64,000 bases of DNA from assembly GCA_965205425.1 (NCBI GenBank), contig CBDBGZ010000007.1, positions 32,001-96,000 on the forward strand. The letters run 5' to 3'. The notes beneath the pieces were generated by a model, which was not told where the DNA came from, searched no databases, and saw nothing but the letters and a program-made list of their open reading frames with translations. The first letter of the stretch is position 1. Each line of letters begins with the position of its first letter. The translations under genes and the position numbers were made by a program. This DNA is from Nitrosopumilus sp. Lineage in GTDB: Archaea; Thermoproteota; Nitrososphaeria; Nitrososphaerales; Nitrosopumilaceae. Positions 21,568 to 32,635 of the stretch are shown here, in pieces.

Positions 21568-22305
21568 TTATTTTTTAAATTTTTCATACATTTCATTGAT
21601 TTTTTTAATCATGTTTAGATTTTCGTAGTCTATCAAATTTAAATTGGGAATTACACAATGTCCTCCAATAATTCCTGGATACATTTTAGGCCTATTACCC
21701 AAATTCTCATGAATTTCATCTGCAAATTTCCACATCTCATCAAAATCAATATCTTCTTTCTCACAAATCATTTTTGTTATTTGTGCATAATTGATCAACC
21801 ATCCATAATAGGTGGTATCTACCAATATTTTTGCTAATTCTGCAGTTTTTGTTGTTGACATCCAATCTATTTTTTCAAATCTATTTTCCAAATCAATTTT
21901 TATTTTTGGTTCTATGTTTTTTTCATCTGAAGAAATAAATTTTGTATATTTTTTAATGTCATCTAAAAATCTTTTATGTACTCCACGAACTGGTGAATAC
22001 AAAACTGAAACTTTAGATTTTTCTTGAATAATTTTTGTAGTTCCAGGTTTTACCGTTGAATGTACTAACACAACTTTCAATCCTTCAATTTTATTGATCC
22101 AATCTACTGTAATGTCTACAAATTCTGATAATTCCCCTGGCAAACAAACATGGAGATATTCTGGATTTTCAATCTTTGCATTTTCTGAATAATTTTTGCA
22201 TTTAGAAGAATCTACATCAATTCCTATACTATCAAAATTCTTTTCTTCAAGTAGATGAAATAATGTTTCTCCTACTTCCCCCATACCTAAAATAATATCA
22301 GTCAT
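21568..22305 (-). CDS. UDP-glucose/GDP-mannose dehydrogenase family protein (short)
   Basis: GMGEVG, STVKPGTT, AELAK, GGHCV. Confidence 0.82.
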   Translation of the reverse strand: MTDIILGMGEVGETLFHLLEEKNFDSIGIDVDSSKCKNYSENAKIENPEYLHVCLPGELSEFVDITVDWINKIEGLKVVLVHSTVKPGTTKIIQEKSKVSVLYSPVRGVHKRFLDDIKKYTKFISSDEKNIEPKIKIDLENRFEKIDWMSTTKTAELAKILVDTTYYGWLINYAQITKMICEKEDIDFDEMWKFADEIHENLGNRPKMYPGIIGGHCVIPNLNLIDYENLNMIKKINEMYEKFKK

Positions 22306-22372
22306 TATGCCTAATTTCAGAAAAACTATCTGTGATATATTCGTGTTACAAAATCATGTTTTATTAAAAAAG

Positions 22373-22445
22373 TAGCCCGGCCCAGACTCGAACTGGGGTC
22401 AAAGGCTTCAAAGGCCTCTATGCTTGACCGCTACACTACCGGGCT
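22373..22445 (-). tRNA. tRNA-Gln(TTG)
   Basis: Reverse complement AGCCCGG...GAGGC-CTTTGAA-GCCTT...GTTCGAGTC...CCGGGCTA. Confidence 0.93.
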
Positions 22446-22514
22446 GCTAAATCGAGCACTCTCATTCCCTTAATGAACTTTTTATTTGAATTTGGCTCAT
22501 AAAACAAAAATCTT

Positions 22515-23543
22515 CTACTCTTTAATTATTTTAATTAATTTTTGAATAGGGTCTTCCATCTGCTTTCTAATCGTTTCTGCTCTTTTATGACTCTGATTAT
22601 TGTTTGCTTCAAATTTTTTCTTTATGTATCTTGAAATTTTATTTGGATTTGTTTCTCTTTTTACTAGATATTTTTTCACTAAGAAATTTTCAATTATATT
22701 TGGAACCGCATTATAAGAAATTGTTGGAATCCCCATTAATGCAGATTCTGCAGTCATTGTTCCGCCAGATCCAATAAAAATATCTGTATTGTTTAACAAA
22801 TGTTTTCCATCATATGACATTTTAACAATTTTTATACTCTTTCCAATTATTTTTTGTAAATTTTCAATTTGTTTTGTATATCTTCCTAAAACTACAATAT
22901 TTTCATTTTTAAAATCCTTTCCTACTTTTTTGATTATAGGGATTATTTTACTAGATTTTGATGTATATGATGCCTCTTCTTCTTCTATCCTGATCAGAAT
23001 ATTCTTTTTACTGTTACTTTTAAATGGTAATTTTGCGTCCTGATTTACTTTTCTCTGTATAGTAACAACAGCATCAATTGCTTTGTATTGAATAATGTTT
23101 TTCTCATCAATTCCATACTTTGAAAATTCCTTCTTTGATATTGCAAATGGAATTAACAATTTTTGAATTAATGGTAATGTCAATCGCATAACTGCATTTG
23201 CATGTGGTGAATCACAAAATGCTACATGTTTTATTCTTAACCCAAAAGATATTCTTGCTGCCTCTGGAGAACAAAAACTAATAACAATATCAGGTGAAAA
23301 TGCTTTAATTTTCTTAGACAGTTTTTCCATTCTGTCAATACTGGCTTTGAGTTTACTTTTTTTATCTCCTCCTCCATGCTTCCCTACAAAAACAAGGTCA
23401 AAACCACGTATTTTGGCTAATTTTGAAACTTCTTCATAATCTCGTGAAGTACACAAAAGATCGTGTTTTTTACCTAATTTTGCAATTATTGGTTCAGAAA
23501 ACAATAATTGTTTTGGTGTTAGAATATCTATCCAGATTTTCAA
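22515..23543 (-). CDS. DUF354 family glycosyltransferase-like protein
   Basis: MKIWIDI.TPKQ, VGKHGG, GGTMTAESALMGIP. Confidence 0.8.
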   Translation of the reverse strand: MKIWIDILTPKQLLFSEPIIAKLGKKHDLLCTSRDYEEVSKLAKIRGFDLVFVGKHGGGDKKSKLKASIDRMEKLSKKIKAFSPDIVISFCSPEAARISFGLRIKHVAFCDSPHANAVMRLTLPLIQKLLIPFAISKKEFSKYGIDEKNIIQYKAIDAVVTIQRKVNQDAKLPFKSNSKKNILIRIEEEEASYTSKSSKIIPIIKKVGKDFKNENIVVLGRYTKQIENLQKIIGKSIKIVKMSYDGKHLLNNTDIFIGSGGTMTAESALMGIPTISYNAVPNIIENFLVKKYLVKRETNPNKISRYIKKKFEANNNQSHKRAETIRKQMEDPIQKLIKIIKE

Positions 23544-23606
23544 GTAATTTCCTAATTATGGTAACTTCAATAAGTTTTTCTTAGTCTAATACTAGCTGTA
23601 AATGTA

Positions 23607-24758
23607 ATGGAGGGAGCAAAAGTAGTTGTTTATGGACTTAGTACAGAAGGATATGCTATTGCATCTCAGATGGCAATCAAAGGTGCAGATGTATACATTA
23701 TAGATGAATCAACACCATCAGCAATTTCTCTCAAAGCTGAAATTGCTAAAACATATCCAAATGTTTCTTCTCTAAAAGAAGATGAACCCTTGTTAGCAAT
23801 GGAACCAATAGATGTAGCAATTTCTAAAGCACAATATCTTTTCTTTACTCCAAGAATTAGAAAAACTGGACAAGACATCAAAACTGAAATTCACTCAAAG
23901 TTCAAGGATGCAGTTTCTTCAATGAAAAAGAACAGCTCTGTGATTTTTACTCTTCCTACTGGGTTTGGAGGAAATAATGAAAATATTTCATTACTTGAAC
24001 ATGTTACTGGTCTTCAAACTGGAAAACATATTTCATATTTTTATTATCCATTAGAAGATCTTAATGAACAACCAAAAATCATAGGATCGTTTAATGGAAA
24101 AAAAGATTCAACATTATCTGATCTTCTTACAGTAGGTAAAAAAGAGAAAAAATTTGTTGCTATTTCATCATCTGAGCATTTTCATGCTATTGATGTTCTA
24201 TCTAGATTCTCTAGTTTATGTAGTGTTTTAGAAGTGTGTAAATACGCTCAAGATGAGGTTACAAAAAATGATCTTTCATCTGATGATTTCCAAGAAATAT
24301 TTTTAGACGATATGGTTAGTGGATTATTTGATTTAAAATCCTTAGGCTCTTCATTTGAAGGAGCAAATACACTGATGTATCTAATTAATGGAAGTGTTAA
24401 AGGAATTGATGGATACATCAAACGATTAATTGATGAAATTCGTTCAACATTAAAGAAAAATGATCTTAAAGCAAGTAGAACAAAGATTGCATTATCTTGG
24501 ACACTTGATCAACATGCAATGCGTGGAGATAAAATTGAAATGTTACAAAATTTGACATCAAGACTACGTGATTACATTGGTGATGTAGAAGCTTATGAAG
24601 ATCCTAACTTTGATCTATTTCATAGTGATAAAACTACCATAGTAGTTGCATGCTCACAATCTGATTTTGAAAATATAGAAAAAACTAAACAAGATTCTGA
24701 TCTAATTATTGTCAAAGCTAATCCTTTATGTGAAACAATCAATAATAGTATAAATTAG
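23607..24758 (+). CDS. Divergent nucleotide-sugar dehydrogenase-like protein
   Basis: Degenerate Rossmann start VVVYGLSTEG; glycosylation neighbourhood. Confidence 0.5.
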   Translation: MEGAKVVVYGLSTEGYAIASQMAIKGADVYIIDESTPSAISLKAEIAKTYPNVSSLKEDEPLLAMEPIDVAISKAQYLFFTPRIRKTGQDIKTEIHSKFKDAVSSMKKNSSVIFTLPTGFGGNNENISLLEHVTGLQTGKHISYFYYPLEDLNEQPKIIGSFNGKKDSTLSDLLTVGKKEKKFVAISSSEHFHAIDVLSRFSSLCSVLEVCKYAQDEVTKNDLSSDDFQEIFLDDMVSGLFDLKSLGSSFEGANTLMYLINGSVKGIDGYIKRLIDEIRSTLKKNDLKASRTKIALSWTLDQHAMRGDKIEMLQNLTSRLRDYIGDVEAYEDPNFDLFHSDKTTIVVACSQSDFENIEKTKQDSDLIIVKANPLCETINNSIN

Positions 24759-24780
24759 CTAAATTATTATTTTTGTTGGA

Positions 24781-25329
24781 TTGTCGAGCGAATCTAATTC
24801 TGATGAAATTCCAGTTGATGTAATCTCTGAACAAGAAACTAAAAGTAATTCTCCTAAAATAGAATCTGATGTTGAAGACATATCTAAATTATTAGATTTA
24901 GAAAAACAAAAATCATCTGAATATGAAGAAAAATTAAAACTTGTATTAGCAGATTTCCAAAATCTTAGTAGGAAGACTCAAACTGATATTGAAAATGGAG
25001 TAAATACAAAAATCAATGAATTCATATTAGATTTTTTAAAAATTTATGACGATTTTGTTAGAGCAAAAGAAGTTCTTTCTGATAGCGAAATTAATTCAGA
25101 AGGCTTGGATTCTATTTTAAAAAACATGGACTCTTTATTGAAAAAATATCATATTGAACCTATAGATGCATTAGGGGAAATTTTTAATCCAAACTTCCAT
25201 GAGGCTATATCAATAATTAATGAACCTGATTTGGATGATGATACAATTACAAAAGAGATCAGGAAGGGATATATTTCTCATGAGAGAGTTATAAGACCGA
25301 CACTAGTAGAAATTTCAAAAAAAGGATGA
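24781..25329 (+). CDS. grpE: Nucleotide exchange factor GrpE
   Basis: ADFQN, FNPNFHEA, KGY...VIRP; upstream of dnaK. Confidence 0.92.
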   Translation: MSSESNSDEIPVDVISEQETKSNSPKIESDVEDISKLLDLEKQKSSEYEEKLKLVLADFQNLSRKTQTDIENGVNTKINEFILDFLKIYDDFVRAKEVLSDSEINSEGLDSILKNMDSLLKKYHIEPIDALGEIFNPNFHEAISIINEPDLDDDTITKEIRKGYISHERVIRPTLVEISKKG

Positions 25330-25338
25330 TGATAAAAT

Positions 25339-27246
25339 ATGGCTAAAATTATTGGGATTGATTTAGGAACAAGTAACTCTGCTGCAGCAGTTGTAATGGG
25401 TGGAAAACCTACAATTATTCCAGCAGCTGAAGGTGCCACTGTTGGTGGTAAAGCATTTCCGTCAGTCGTAGCTTTTTCTAAAGAAGGTGATCTTTTGGTT
25501 GGTGAGCCTGCGCGAAGACAAGCAGTAACTAATCCAGATAATACTATTGTTGCAGCTAAACGAAAAATGGGTTCAGATCATACCTTTAAAATTTTAGATA
25601 AAGAATACAAACCTCAACAAATTTCAGCATTCATTCTTCAAAAAATCAAAAAAGATGCTGAAGCATTTGTTGGAGAACAAGTTCAAAAAGCAGTAATCAC
25701 TGTTCCGGCATATTTTGATGATAATCAACGTCAAGCAACTAAAGATGCTGGAACAATTGCAGGATTAGATGTTGTAAGAATAATTAATGAACCTACTGCA
25801 GCATCTTTGGCATTTGGATTAGATAAAGCAAAAGAAGACATGAAAATTCTTGTCTTTGATTTTGGTGGTGGTACATTAGATGTAACAATTATGGAAATGG
25901 GTGGAGGTGTTTTTGAAGTTCTAAGTACCTCAGGTGATACTCAGCTTGGTGGTACAGATATGGATAAAGTATTAATTGATTACGTTGTTGACGAATTCAA
26001 GAAAAAAGAAGGTGTTGATCTTTCTCAAGATTCAACTGCAATGACTAGAATTAGAGAAGCTGCCGAAAAAGCAAAAATTGAATTATCTACTGTCATGGAA
26101 ACTGATGTTAATTTACCATTTATCTCTCATGATCCTTCATCTGGTGCAAAAAATTTAGAATTAAGAATTACAAGAGCAAAACTAGATGAATTAATTGGAC
26201 CTATTGTAGAACGATGTAAGCCTTCAGTACTCAAAGCATTAGAAGATGCAAAACTTTCAAATTCTGATATCAATAAAATTGTCATGGTTGGTGGACCAAC
26301 AAGAATTCCATTAGTCAAAAAATTTGTTAGTGATCTAGTTGGTCAAGAATCTGAATCCGGCGTAGATCCTATGGAGGCTGTAGCAATGGGAGCAGCCATT
26401 CAGGCTGGAATTATTGCTGGAGATGTAAGCAGTGATATTGTCTTACTAGATGTTACTCCTCTTACATTAGGAATTGAAACTTTAGGTGGTGTTAGAGAAC
26501 CATTAATTGAAAGAAATACCACAATCCCAACCTCAAAGGGTAAAGTTTTCACAACTGCAGCTGATAATCAAACCGCAGTTACTATTCATGTTGTACAAGG
26601 TGAAAGACCTATGGCAACTGATAATGTGTCACTAGGAAGTTTTAACCTTACAGATTTACCACCTGCTCCAAGAGGTATTCCTCAAATCGAAGTAAAATTT
26701 GACATTGATGCAAATGGAATTATCAATGTCACAGCAAAGGATCTTGGAACACAAAAAGAAGCAAAAATTACTATCGAATCTAACTCTAAACTATCTCCAG
26801 AAGAAATTGAAAAATTGAAAGAAGATGCAGAAAAATTCTCTGATGAAGATAAAATGAAGAAAGAAAAAATTGATTTAAAGAATGAAGCAGAAAGTTACAT
26901 TTACACTACAGAAAAATTAGTTAATCATGATCTTAAAGATAAAATTTCTCAAGAACAAGGTATCAAAATTACTGATGCTGTAAAAGAAGTCAAAGAAGTT
27001 TTGGATAAAGAAGCTGAAGAATTAAAACCTAAACTTGAAGCATTACAAACATTAGTAAATGAAGTTACAACCGAACTTTACAAAAATGCTTCACCCCCAC
27101 CTGGTGCAGAAGGACAACAAGGTGCAGAAGGACAACAAGGTGCAGAAGGACAACAAGGTGCAGAAGGACAACAAGGTGCAGAAGGACAACAAGGTGCAGA
27201 AGAAACTTCTGAATCATCCCAAACTGATGAAACAAAAACTAACTGA
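25339..27246 (+). CDS. dnaK: Chaperone DnaK
   Basis: [32 protein letters not shown]. Confidence 0.98.
   Translation: MAKIIGIDLGTSNSAAAVVMGGKPTIIPAAEGATVGGKAFPSVVAFSKEGDLLVGEPARRQAVTNPDNTIVAAKRKMGSDHTFKILDKEYKPQQISAFILQKIKKDAEAFVGEQVQKAVITVPAYFDDNQRQATKDAGTIAGLDVVRIINEPTAASLAFGLDKAKEDMKILVFDFGGGTLDVTIMEMGGGVFEVLSTSGDTQLGGTDMDKVLIDYVVDEFKKKEGVDLSQDSTAMTRIREAAEKAKIELSTVMETDVNLPFISHDPSSGAKNLELRITRAKLDELIGPIVERCKPSVLKALEDAKLSNSDINKIVMVGGPTRIPLVKKFVSDLVGQESESGVDPMEAVAMGAAIQAGIIAGDVSSDIVLLDVTPLTLGIETLGGVREPLIERNTTIPTSKGKVFTTAADNQTAVTIHVVQGERPMATDNVSLGSFNLTDLPPAPRGIPQIEVKFDIDANGIINVTAKDLGTQKEAKITIESNSKLSPEEIEKLKEDAEKFSDEDKMKKEKIDLKNEAESYIYTTEKLVNHDLKDKISQEQGIKITDAVKEVKEVLDKEAEELKPKLEALQTLVNEVTTELYKNASPPPGAEGQQGAEGQQGAEGQQGAEGQQGAEGQQGAEETSESSQTDETKTN
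27103..27202 (+). repeat. 18-bp perfect tandem repeat, about 5.5 copies (GAEGQQ), in the DnaK tail
   Basis: ggtgcagaaggacaacaa repeated exactly. Confidence 0.95.
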
Positions 27247-27294
27247 GATTACAATTCAATCATTTATACTGTAATTATGATAAAGGAATGATTC

Positions 27295-28356
27295 ATGGCT
27301 GCAAAACGTGACTATTATGAGGTTTTAGGTGTCTCAAAAACATCTTCACCAGATGAAGTTAAACAACAGTATAGAAAATTAGCATTAAAATTTCACCCTG
27401 ATCGAAATCAATCTGCAGAAGCAGGAGAACATTTTAAAGAAATTTCTGAAGCATATGCAGTTATTTCAGATCCTGAGAAAAAACAAATCTACGATCAGCA
27501 TGGTCATGCTGGTGTAGATGGAAGATATTCTAGTGAAGATATTTTTCAAGGTGCACAGGGTGGTGGTTTTGATTCTATTTTTGAATCCATCTTTGGTCGC
27601 GGAGGTGGGGGATTTGGTTTTAATCAACAACAGCAACAAGGTTCTGATCTTCTATATGAAACTCATGTAACATTAGAAGATGTCCTTCACGGTAAAAAAG
27701 TGGAAATTAATTTACAAAAACAAATTCAATGTGATATTTGTCATGGTTCTGGTGCTAAACCTGGTACTAACAAAAAAACCTGTGGAACATGTAATGGTCA
27801 AGGGCAAGTTAGACAAACTCGAAATATGGGATTTGCATCATTTGTTACTGCTGCACCATGTTCTGCATGTAGAGGACAAGGTTCCATAATTGAAACCCCT
27901 TGTAATGAATGTAAAGGACAAGGAAAGAAAAAAGGATCGAAAACAGTAACATTTGATATTCCTCCTGGAATTGATTCAGGTGACTATACAGTTCCTAATG
28001 AAGGAAATGAGATTCCTGATGGTGTAAATGGTGATTTAATAGTTAGAGTAAGAGTTCAACCTCATTCAAAATTCAATAGAGATGGAAAAGATATTTTCTA
28101 TGATCATGATGTGTCTATGATTGATGCTGCATTAGGATGTGAAATCATTGTTCCAACTTTAGAGGGAACAGAAAAAATTAAAGTTGATTCTGGTAGTCAA
28201 CCAAATACAATTATCAAACTAAAAGGAAAGGGCGTTACGCACATTAACTATAGGGGAAAAGGAGACCAATTTGTCAGAATTGTGGTTAACGTACCAAAAA
28301 AACTCAACAAACACCAAAAAAATCTTTTAGATGAATTTAGAAAAACAAGTGACTAA
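27295..28356 (+). CDS. dnaJ: Chaperone DnaJ
   Basis: J domain HPD; four CxxCxGxG repeats. Confidence 0.97.
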   Translation: MAAKRDYYEVLGVSKTSSPDEVKQQYRKLALKFHPDRNQSAEAGEHFKEISEAYAVISDPEKKQIYDQHGHAGVDGRYSSEDIFQGAQGGGFDSIFESIFGRGGGGFGFNQQQQQGSDLLYETHVTLEDVLHGKKVEINLQKQIQCDICHGSGAKPGTNKKTCGTCNGQGQVRQTRNMGFASFVTAAPCSACRGQGSIIETPCNECKGQGKKKGSKTVTFDIPPGIDSGDYTVPNEGNEIPDGVNGDLIVRVRVQPHSKFNRDGKDIFYDHDVSMIDAALGCEIIVPTLEGTEKIKVDSGSQPNTIIKLKGKGVTHINYRGKGDQFVRIVVNVPKKLNKHQKNLLDEFRKTSD

Positions 28357-28357
28357 A

Positions 28358-28897
28358 ATGAAAATTGCATTGGATGTTGATGGTGTGCTTGCAGATGTAA
28401 TAATATCGTGGCTAAATTTCAGTAATTTAGTTAGACCAAAAATTGCCAAACACCAAATTACAAATTGGGAATTTTGGAAAGAATTTCAAATAGACCCTTT
28501 TGATTTTTATGCTGAGCTTAGCACATGTTGGAAAAATTGGGTGTCAATACCTACAACAGAACCAAATCTTTCATCAATAACAAAATCTCTTTCTAGTATT
28601 GGTCAAGTTGATATTGTAACTGCTAGGGAACGTTCTACCGATTCTTTTGTCAAATCTTGGTTAGATCACCATAACATATCTTATGATAATTATGTCTCAG
28701 TAATTGACGGTCCAATGAAAGCTGATCTAGATTATGATATATTTATTGATGATTCTCCTCTTAATGCAGAAAAATTCCTCAAAAATAATAAAAAAGTAAT
28801 ATTGTATTCACAACCTTGGAATCAACATATTTCTGAAAATCAAATTCATCGAGTTTCTAATCTCTTTGAAGCAGTTAACAAAATAAAAATTATTTAA
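28358..28897 (+). CDS. HAD-family 5'(3')-deoxyribonucleotidase-like protein
   Basis: LDVDGVLAD, VTAR, FIDDSP, PWN. Confidence 0.82.
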   Translation: MKIALDVDGVLADVIISWLNFSNLVRPKIAKHQITNWEFWKEFQIDPFDFYAELSTCWKNWVSIPTTEPNLSSITKSLSSIGQVDIVTARERSTDSFVKSWLDHHNISYDNYVSVIDGPMKADLDYDIFIDDSPLNAEKFLKNNKKVILYSQPWNQHISENQIHRVSNLFEAVNKIKII

Positions 28898-29058
28898 TCT
28901 TTTTCAAATTTCCTAATGTTAACTTGATGACCATTTCTAGTATGTGAAGAATGAGTTGTGTTTATCAATTCGCCAATTTTTTCCTCACTGTAAAATTTAG
29001 TATTGTATCGTCCTAGTACTTGTTTGCAGTTTGAACAATATACTTCTCTAAATTCCAT
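28894..29058 (-). CDS. 54-aa putative Zn-binding protein (not in ORF track)
   Basis: MEFREVYCSNCKQVLGRYN...HSSHTRNGHQV. Confidence 0.6.
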   Translation of the reverse strand: MEFREVYCSNCKQVLGRYNTKFYSEEKIGELINTTHSSHTRNGHQVNIRKFEKD

Positions 29059-29136
29059 TTTATCACTTGATTAATTTTCTATAGTTGTTTTCAAGTATAA
29101 TAAAGAAACTTATTCCAGATTTCAATTTTTTCCAAT

Positions 29137-29221
29137 GCGGGAGTCACCCAGCCTGGTCAACGGTGTAAGGTTCAGATCCTTATCTTCTAGGAGTTCGTGG
29201 GTTCAAATCCCACCTCCCGCA
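29137..29221 (+). tRNA. tRNA-Leu(CAG)
   Basis: GCGGGAG acceptor, TAAGG-TTCAGAT-CCTTA anticodon arm, long variable arm. Confidence 0.95.
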
Positions 29222-29261
29222 CTACAATCCATGTTGTTGTATCCCAAAATCAGTTCGTCCC

Positions 29262-30179
29262 TTATTTGACATCGTATTCTTCTCCTGTCTGCTCATCAAT
29301 AACTCTTGTTCCTTTCTCTGGCATCTTTCTTGCATATGCCTTTGCAGGAGTCTCAAGATTATCCCAGTCAAGTGACATGTGTGGCTTTATGTGATTGTAC
29401 CAGTGGACCAGCTCATCAATGGTGCCAAACCATTTCTGCTTTCTCTGAATCTCGCCGTGAAATCTTTCGAGCTTGCCATTGGTTTGAGGATGGTTCACTC
29501 TTGCCATGATATGCTTTATCTCTAATTTTACCAGTTCCTGCTCAAACTGGGATGCTCCTTTTCTCTTGTATTCTGATTGGTTTGCATAAAACTGGGAGCC
29601 ATGATCAGTTAGAATTGATGCAGGCCTACCGTGCTTTGCAATTGCCTCATGTAATACCACAAGTGCGTTATCTGTTGTTGCCTCTGCAAACACTCCATGA
29701 GAAACGATAAACCTTGATGCGTCATCCTGGTAGCATAAGAACCATCTGCCATCATCTAGCTTCTTCCAGTCAGTATGCCACATGGAGTTTGAATATGTCC
29801 TTTCATATCGAACCCACTTTCGTCTTCTCCTCTTCTTTGGCTGAGCTTCTGCCAACCCTTCATCTCTCATAATTTTATGTATGGTATTGTGAGGTATGTG
29901 TGTTCCAGTAGTATCAATTATTTTCTCCAAGAATACTGCAGAACACCTGAACTTTTCAAATGTAGACTGGACAGTCTGCACCATCTGCTCTGTGATTATT
30001 CCCTTTGGCCTTCCAGACTTGCCTAGGATTGGAACTGCACCAGTACGGCGATACCGTGAGTAGAGTTTCTGCATCCACCCAACAGATATCTTCATGGATG
30101 AGGCAACGTCTGCGTTCTTGGCACCGTCCTCTTTTGACTTGATTATCCAGGATATCTGGATTGGATCTAACTTTTGCAT
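29262..30179 (-). CDS. IS481-family transposase (HTH plus rve integrase core)
   Basis: WHTD...DDASR...TDHGSQF...PQTNGKLERF; true start MQKLDP from comparison with copy 2. Confidence 0.88.
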   Translation of the reverse strand: MQKLDPIQISWIIKSKEDGAKNADVASSMKISVGWMQKLYSRYRRTGAVPILGKSGRPKGIITEQMVQTVQSTFEKFRCSAVFLEKIIDTTGTHIPHNTIHKIMRDEGLAEAQPKKRRRRKWVRYERTYSNSMWHTDWKKLDDGRWFLCYQDDASRFIVSHGVFAEATTDNALVVLHEAIAKHGRPASILTDHGSQFYANQSEYKRKGASQFEQELVKLEIKHIMARVNHPQTNGKLERFHGEIQRKQKWFGTIDELVHWYNHIKPHMSLDWDNLETPAKAYARKMPEKGTRVIDEQTGEEYDVK

Positions 30180-30181
30180 AA

Positions 30182-31192
30182 TGCTGTGTTTCCCAACATG
30201 ACTAGTTGATCCAATTAATTTCATCACCCAAGCTTTAGATCAGAATATTCTGTATTATTCCATGAACAGAAACTGGAAAAATTACAACAAAACACTAGTT
30301 AGACGTGGAGAAATCATGTTGTCCTTTGACGCAATGGAATCATGGAGTATGGAACTAAAAGAGATGAATCACAAAAAGGAAGGTCATCGATTTGTCTATC
30401 CTGAATCCTTCATGGAGGCACTAGGATACTGTCATCTCTATTTGCATCTTCCATTCAGACAAACAGAAGGTCTGATAAAATCACACCTCCAATCCAAAAC
30501 AAAGACTCCCACATATTCTGCCATTTGGAAACGTGTCAACAAACTTGACATCAAGATGAATCCAAAACTAGGAAAAGACATTGTCATTGCAATAGACTCA
30601 ACTGGAATCAAGGTTGCAAACAGAGGTGAGTGGATGAGACAGAAATGGCAGAAGAGAAGAGGATTTCTTAAAATTCATGTGGCAGTAGATGTGAAATCTA
30701 AACAGATCACAGGGATTGATATTACAGATGACAAGTCACATGATTCAAAACATTTCATATCGCTAGTTGAGCAATCAAAACAGTTTGGCAATGTCACTAA
30801 AACTTTGGCTGATGGTGCATATGATACAAAGGATAATTTTTCATATCTGTATTATGATAATGATATTCTACCTGCAATTAAAACAAGAAAAAACTCATCA
30901 GTTGTAACTGATTGTTATCCTCGGAGAAAGTCCGTTTTGGCACAATTGTATAACTTGGATCTATGGAAGCTCAGCGTAAGCTATGGGGATAGATGGATTG
31001 TAGAGGGAGTATTCTCTGTATTCAAAAGAATATTTGGAGAGCATGTGACATCGCACAAGAGAGAAAACATGATTCATGAATTGAAAATGAAAGTTTGTCT
31101 GTACAATAAAATGATTGCAATGCAATAGAATCAGAAATGATTTCAAAGCATCAAAGAGTGTTGATGGTTATTTGGGGTTGGGAAACAAAGTA
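30182..31192 (+). mobile_element. IS5-family (IS903-like) element
   Basis: 16-bp IRs tgctgtgtttcccaac / gttgggaaacaaagta (14/16); 8-bp TSD ttgcataa at 30174-30181 and 31193-31200. Confidence 0.9.
30262..31128 (+). CDS. IS5-family DDE transposase
   Basis: NWKNYN..LVRRG, IDSTG, ADGAYD, Y..RW.VE. Confidence 0.92.
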   Translation: MNRNWKNYNKTLVRRGEIMLSFDAMESWSMELKEMNHKKEGHRFVYPESFMEALGYCHLYLHLPFRQTEGLIKSHLQSKTKTPTYSAIWKRVNKLDIKMNPKLGKDIVIAIDSTGIKVANRGEWMRQKWQKRRGFLKIHVAVDVKSKQITGIDITDDKSHDSKHFISLVEQSKQFGNVTKTLADGAYDTKDNFSYLYYDNDILPAIKTRKNSSVVTDCYPRRKSVLAQLYNLDLWKLSVSYGDRWIVEGVFSVFKRIFGEHVTSHKRENMIHELKMKVCLYNKMIAMQ

Positions 31193-32635
31193 TTGCATAA
31201 TCTTGTGATTCTTTCCTCTTTTCCAAACGTATCTTGACTTTAGTCTGGAAATAATGGGGTGAACTAATTTGAGGATAATAGACACTTTTTTTCCTTTTTC
31301 ACATGTTTTCTCTAATTATTGCACCCGGAATCTCTGTACTAGCTAACATATGGACTAAAAACACAAACAAGGCATTTCTCAGAAGTTCTCTTGCGATATT
31401 CGTATCTGCCGTGTTCGTTTCTGGCAGTATGCTTGGTCCTATTGGATTAACCTTTTCTCCCCAACATGCTTTTGCAGATGATATATTTGCAGAGATGAAT
31501 CCTTATGAAAATATTTTACCAAATAATGTATTACCTGATCATGAATTTTTGAAAAAGAAGCTGCATAGTTCTGGGGCAAACTCAGATGCTACTGATTCAA
31601 TGTATAATGATGAGAATCCCCTCAGCGAATCTGAGAAAAAGACAGTACATGAATTTCTTTTGGCGTTGTATGGGGACATCGATGTATTAAATGAACAGTC
31701 ATATCCTACTGTAGGGGGATACTGGACTGTAGAGTTTGTTACAAAGGGAACTCATGACTTGACAGTCTCTGCAATTAATGCAACAAGCTTTGGAGCTGGA
31801 TTGCCTGATGATGTAGAGTTTATCTCACTTTATGATTCTGATGGAAGTGAAATTGCACCTGAATTTATTTATGATGACTCTGGTTCTAATGCCTCTGTTG
31901 TATTTCCGGATTATTCAAGCGATGATGTTGGTTCATTTAAGATGCTTGTACACACTCCTGGCAAACACCATCTAAAATTTGAGTTTGGTAATGATGTTGT
32001 ATATGCAAACAACAATGCGTATCCAAGTTCTATCTTGGAAATTAACGACACTACTACAGACGGCCCAAACCTATCTGATGATGATCGCTTTGGCACCTCC
32101 ATTGCAAACATTGGTGACCTTAACGGTGACGGAGTATCCGATATCGCAGTGGTGCGTCTAGTGATGACAATAGAGGAGGTGATAGAGGCGCTGTACACAT
32201 TCTGTTTATGAACACTGATGGCTCTGTAGACCAAACCATAGAAATAAACAGCTCTACTCCAAATGGCCCAGATCTATCTAATGGCGATGAATTTGGCACC
32301 TCCATTGCAAACATTGGTGACCTTAACGGTGACGGAGTATCCGATATCGCAGTAGGTGCGTCTAGTGATGACAATAGAGGAGGTGATAGAGGCGCTGTAC
32401 ACATTCTGTTTATGAACACTGATGGCTCTATAGACCAAACTAGAGAAATCAACGACTCTACTGAACCTGGACCCCGCCTATCTGATAATGTTCTCTTTGG
32501 CTTCTCCATTGCAAACATTGGTGACCTTAACGGTGACGGAGTATCTGATATTGCAGTAGGTGCATTTGCTGATGGCCCTCTAAAAGGTACAGTACATATC
32601 ATTTATTTAGATAAAGATGTGATTGTAAATGCTGT

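Larger units (their letters stand above)
29232..31284 (-). mobile_element. IS481-family element, copy 1, carrying a nested IS5-family element
   Basis: Imperfect ~29-bp TGT-initiated terminal IRs (29232-29261, 31256-31284); segment 31193-31284 matches copy 2 at 51990-52081. Confidence 0.8.

Noticed and set aside
6794..28356. Cobalamin cluster, bacterial-type MetK and GrpE-DnaK-DnaJ as novel acquisitions
   Set aside because: These are established features of mesophilic Thaumarchaeota.
29197..29509. Short + strand ORFs overlapping tRNA-Leu and IS481 (also 39742-39960 over tRNA-Val)
   Set aside because: They overlap tRNA genes or the transposase antisense strand and look spurious.
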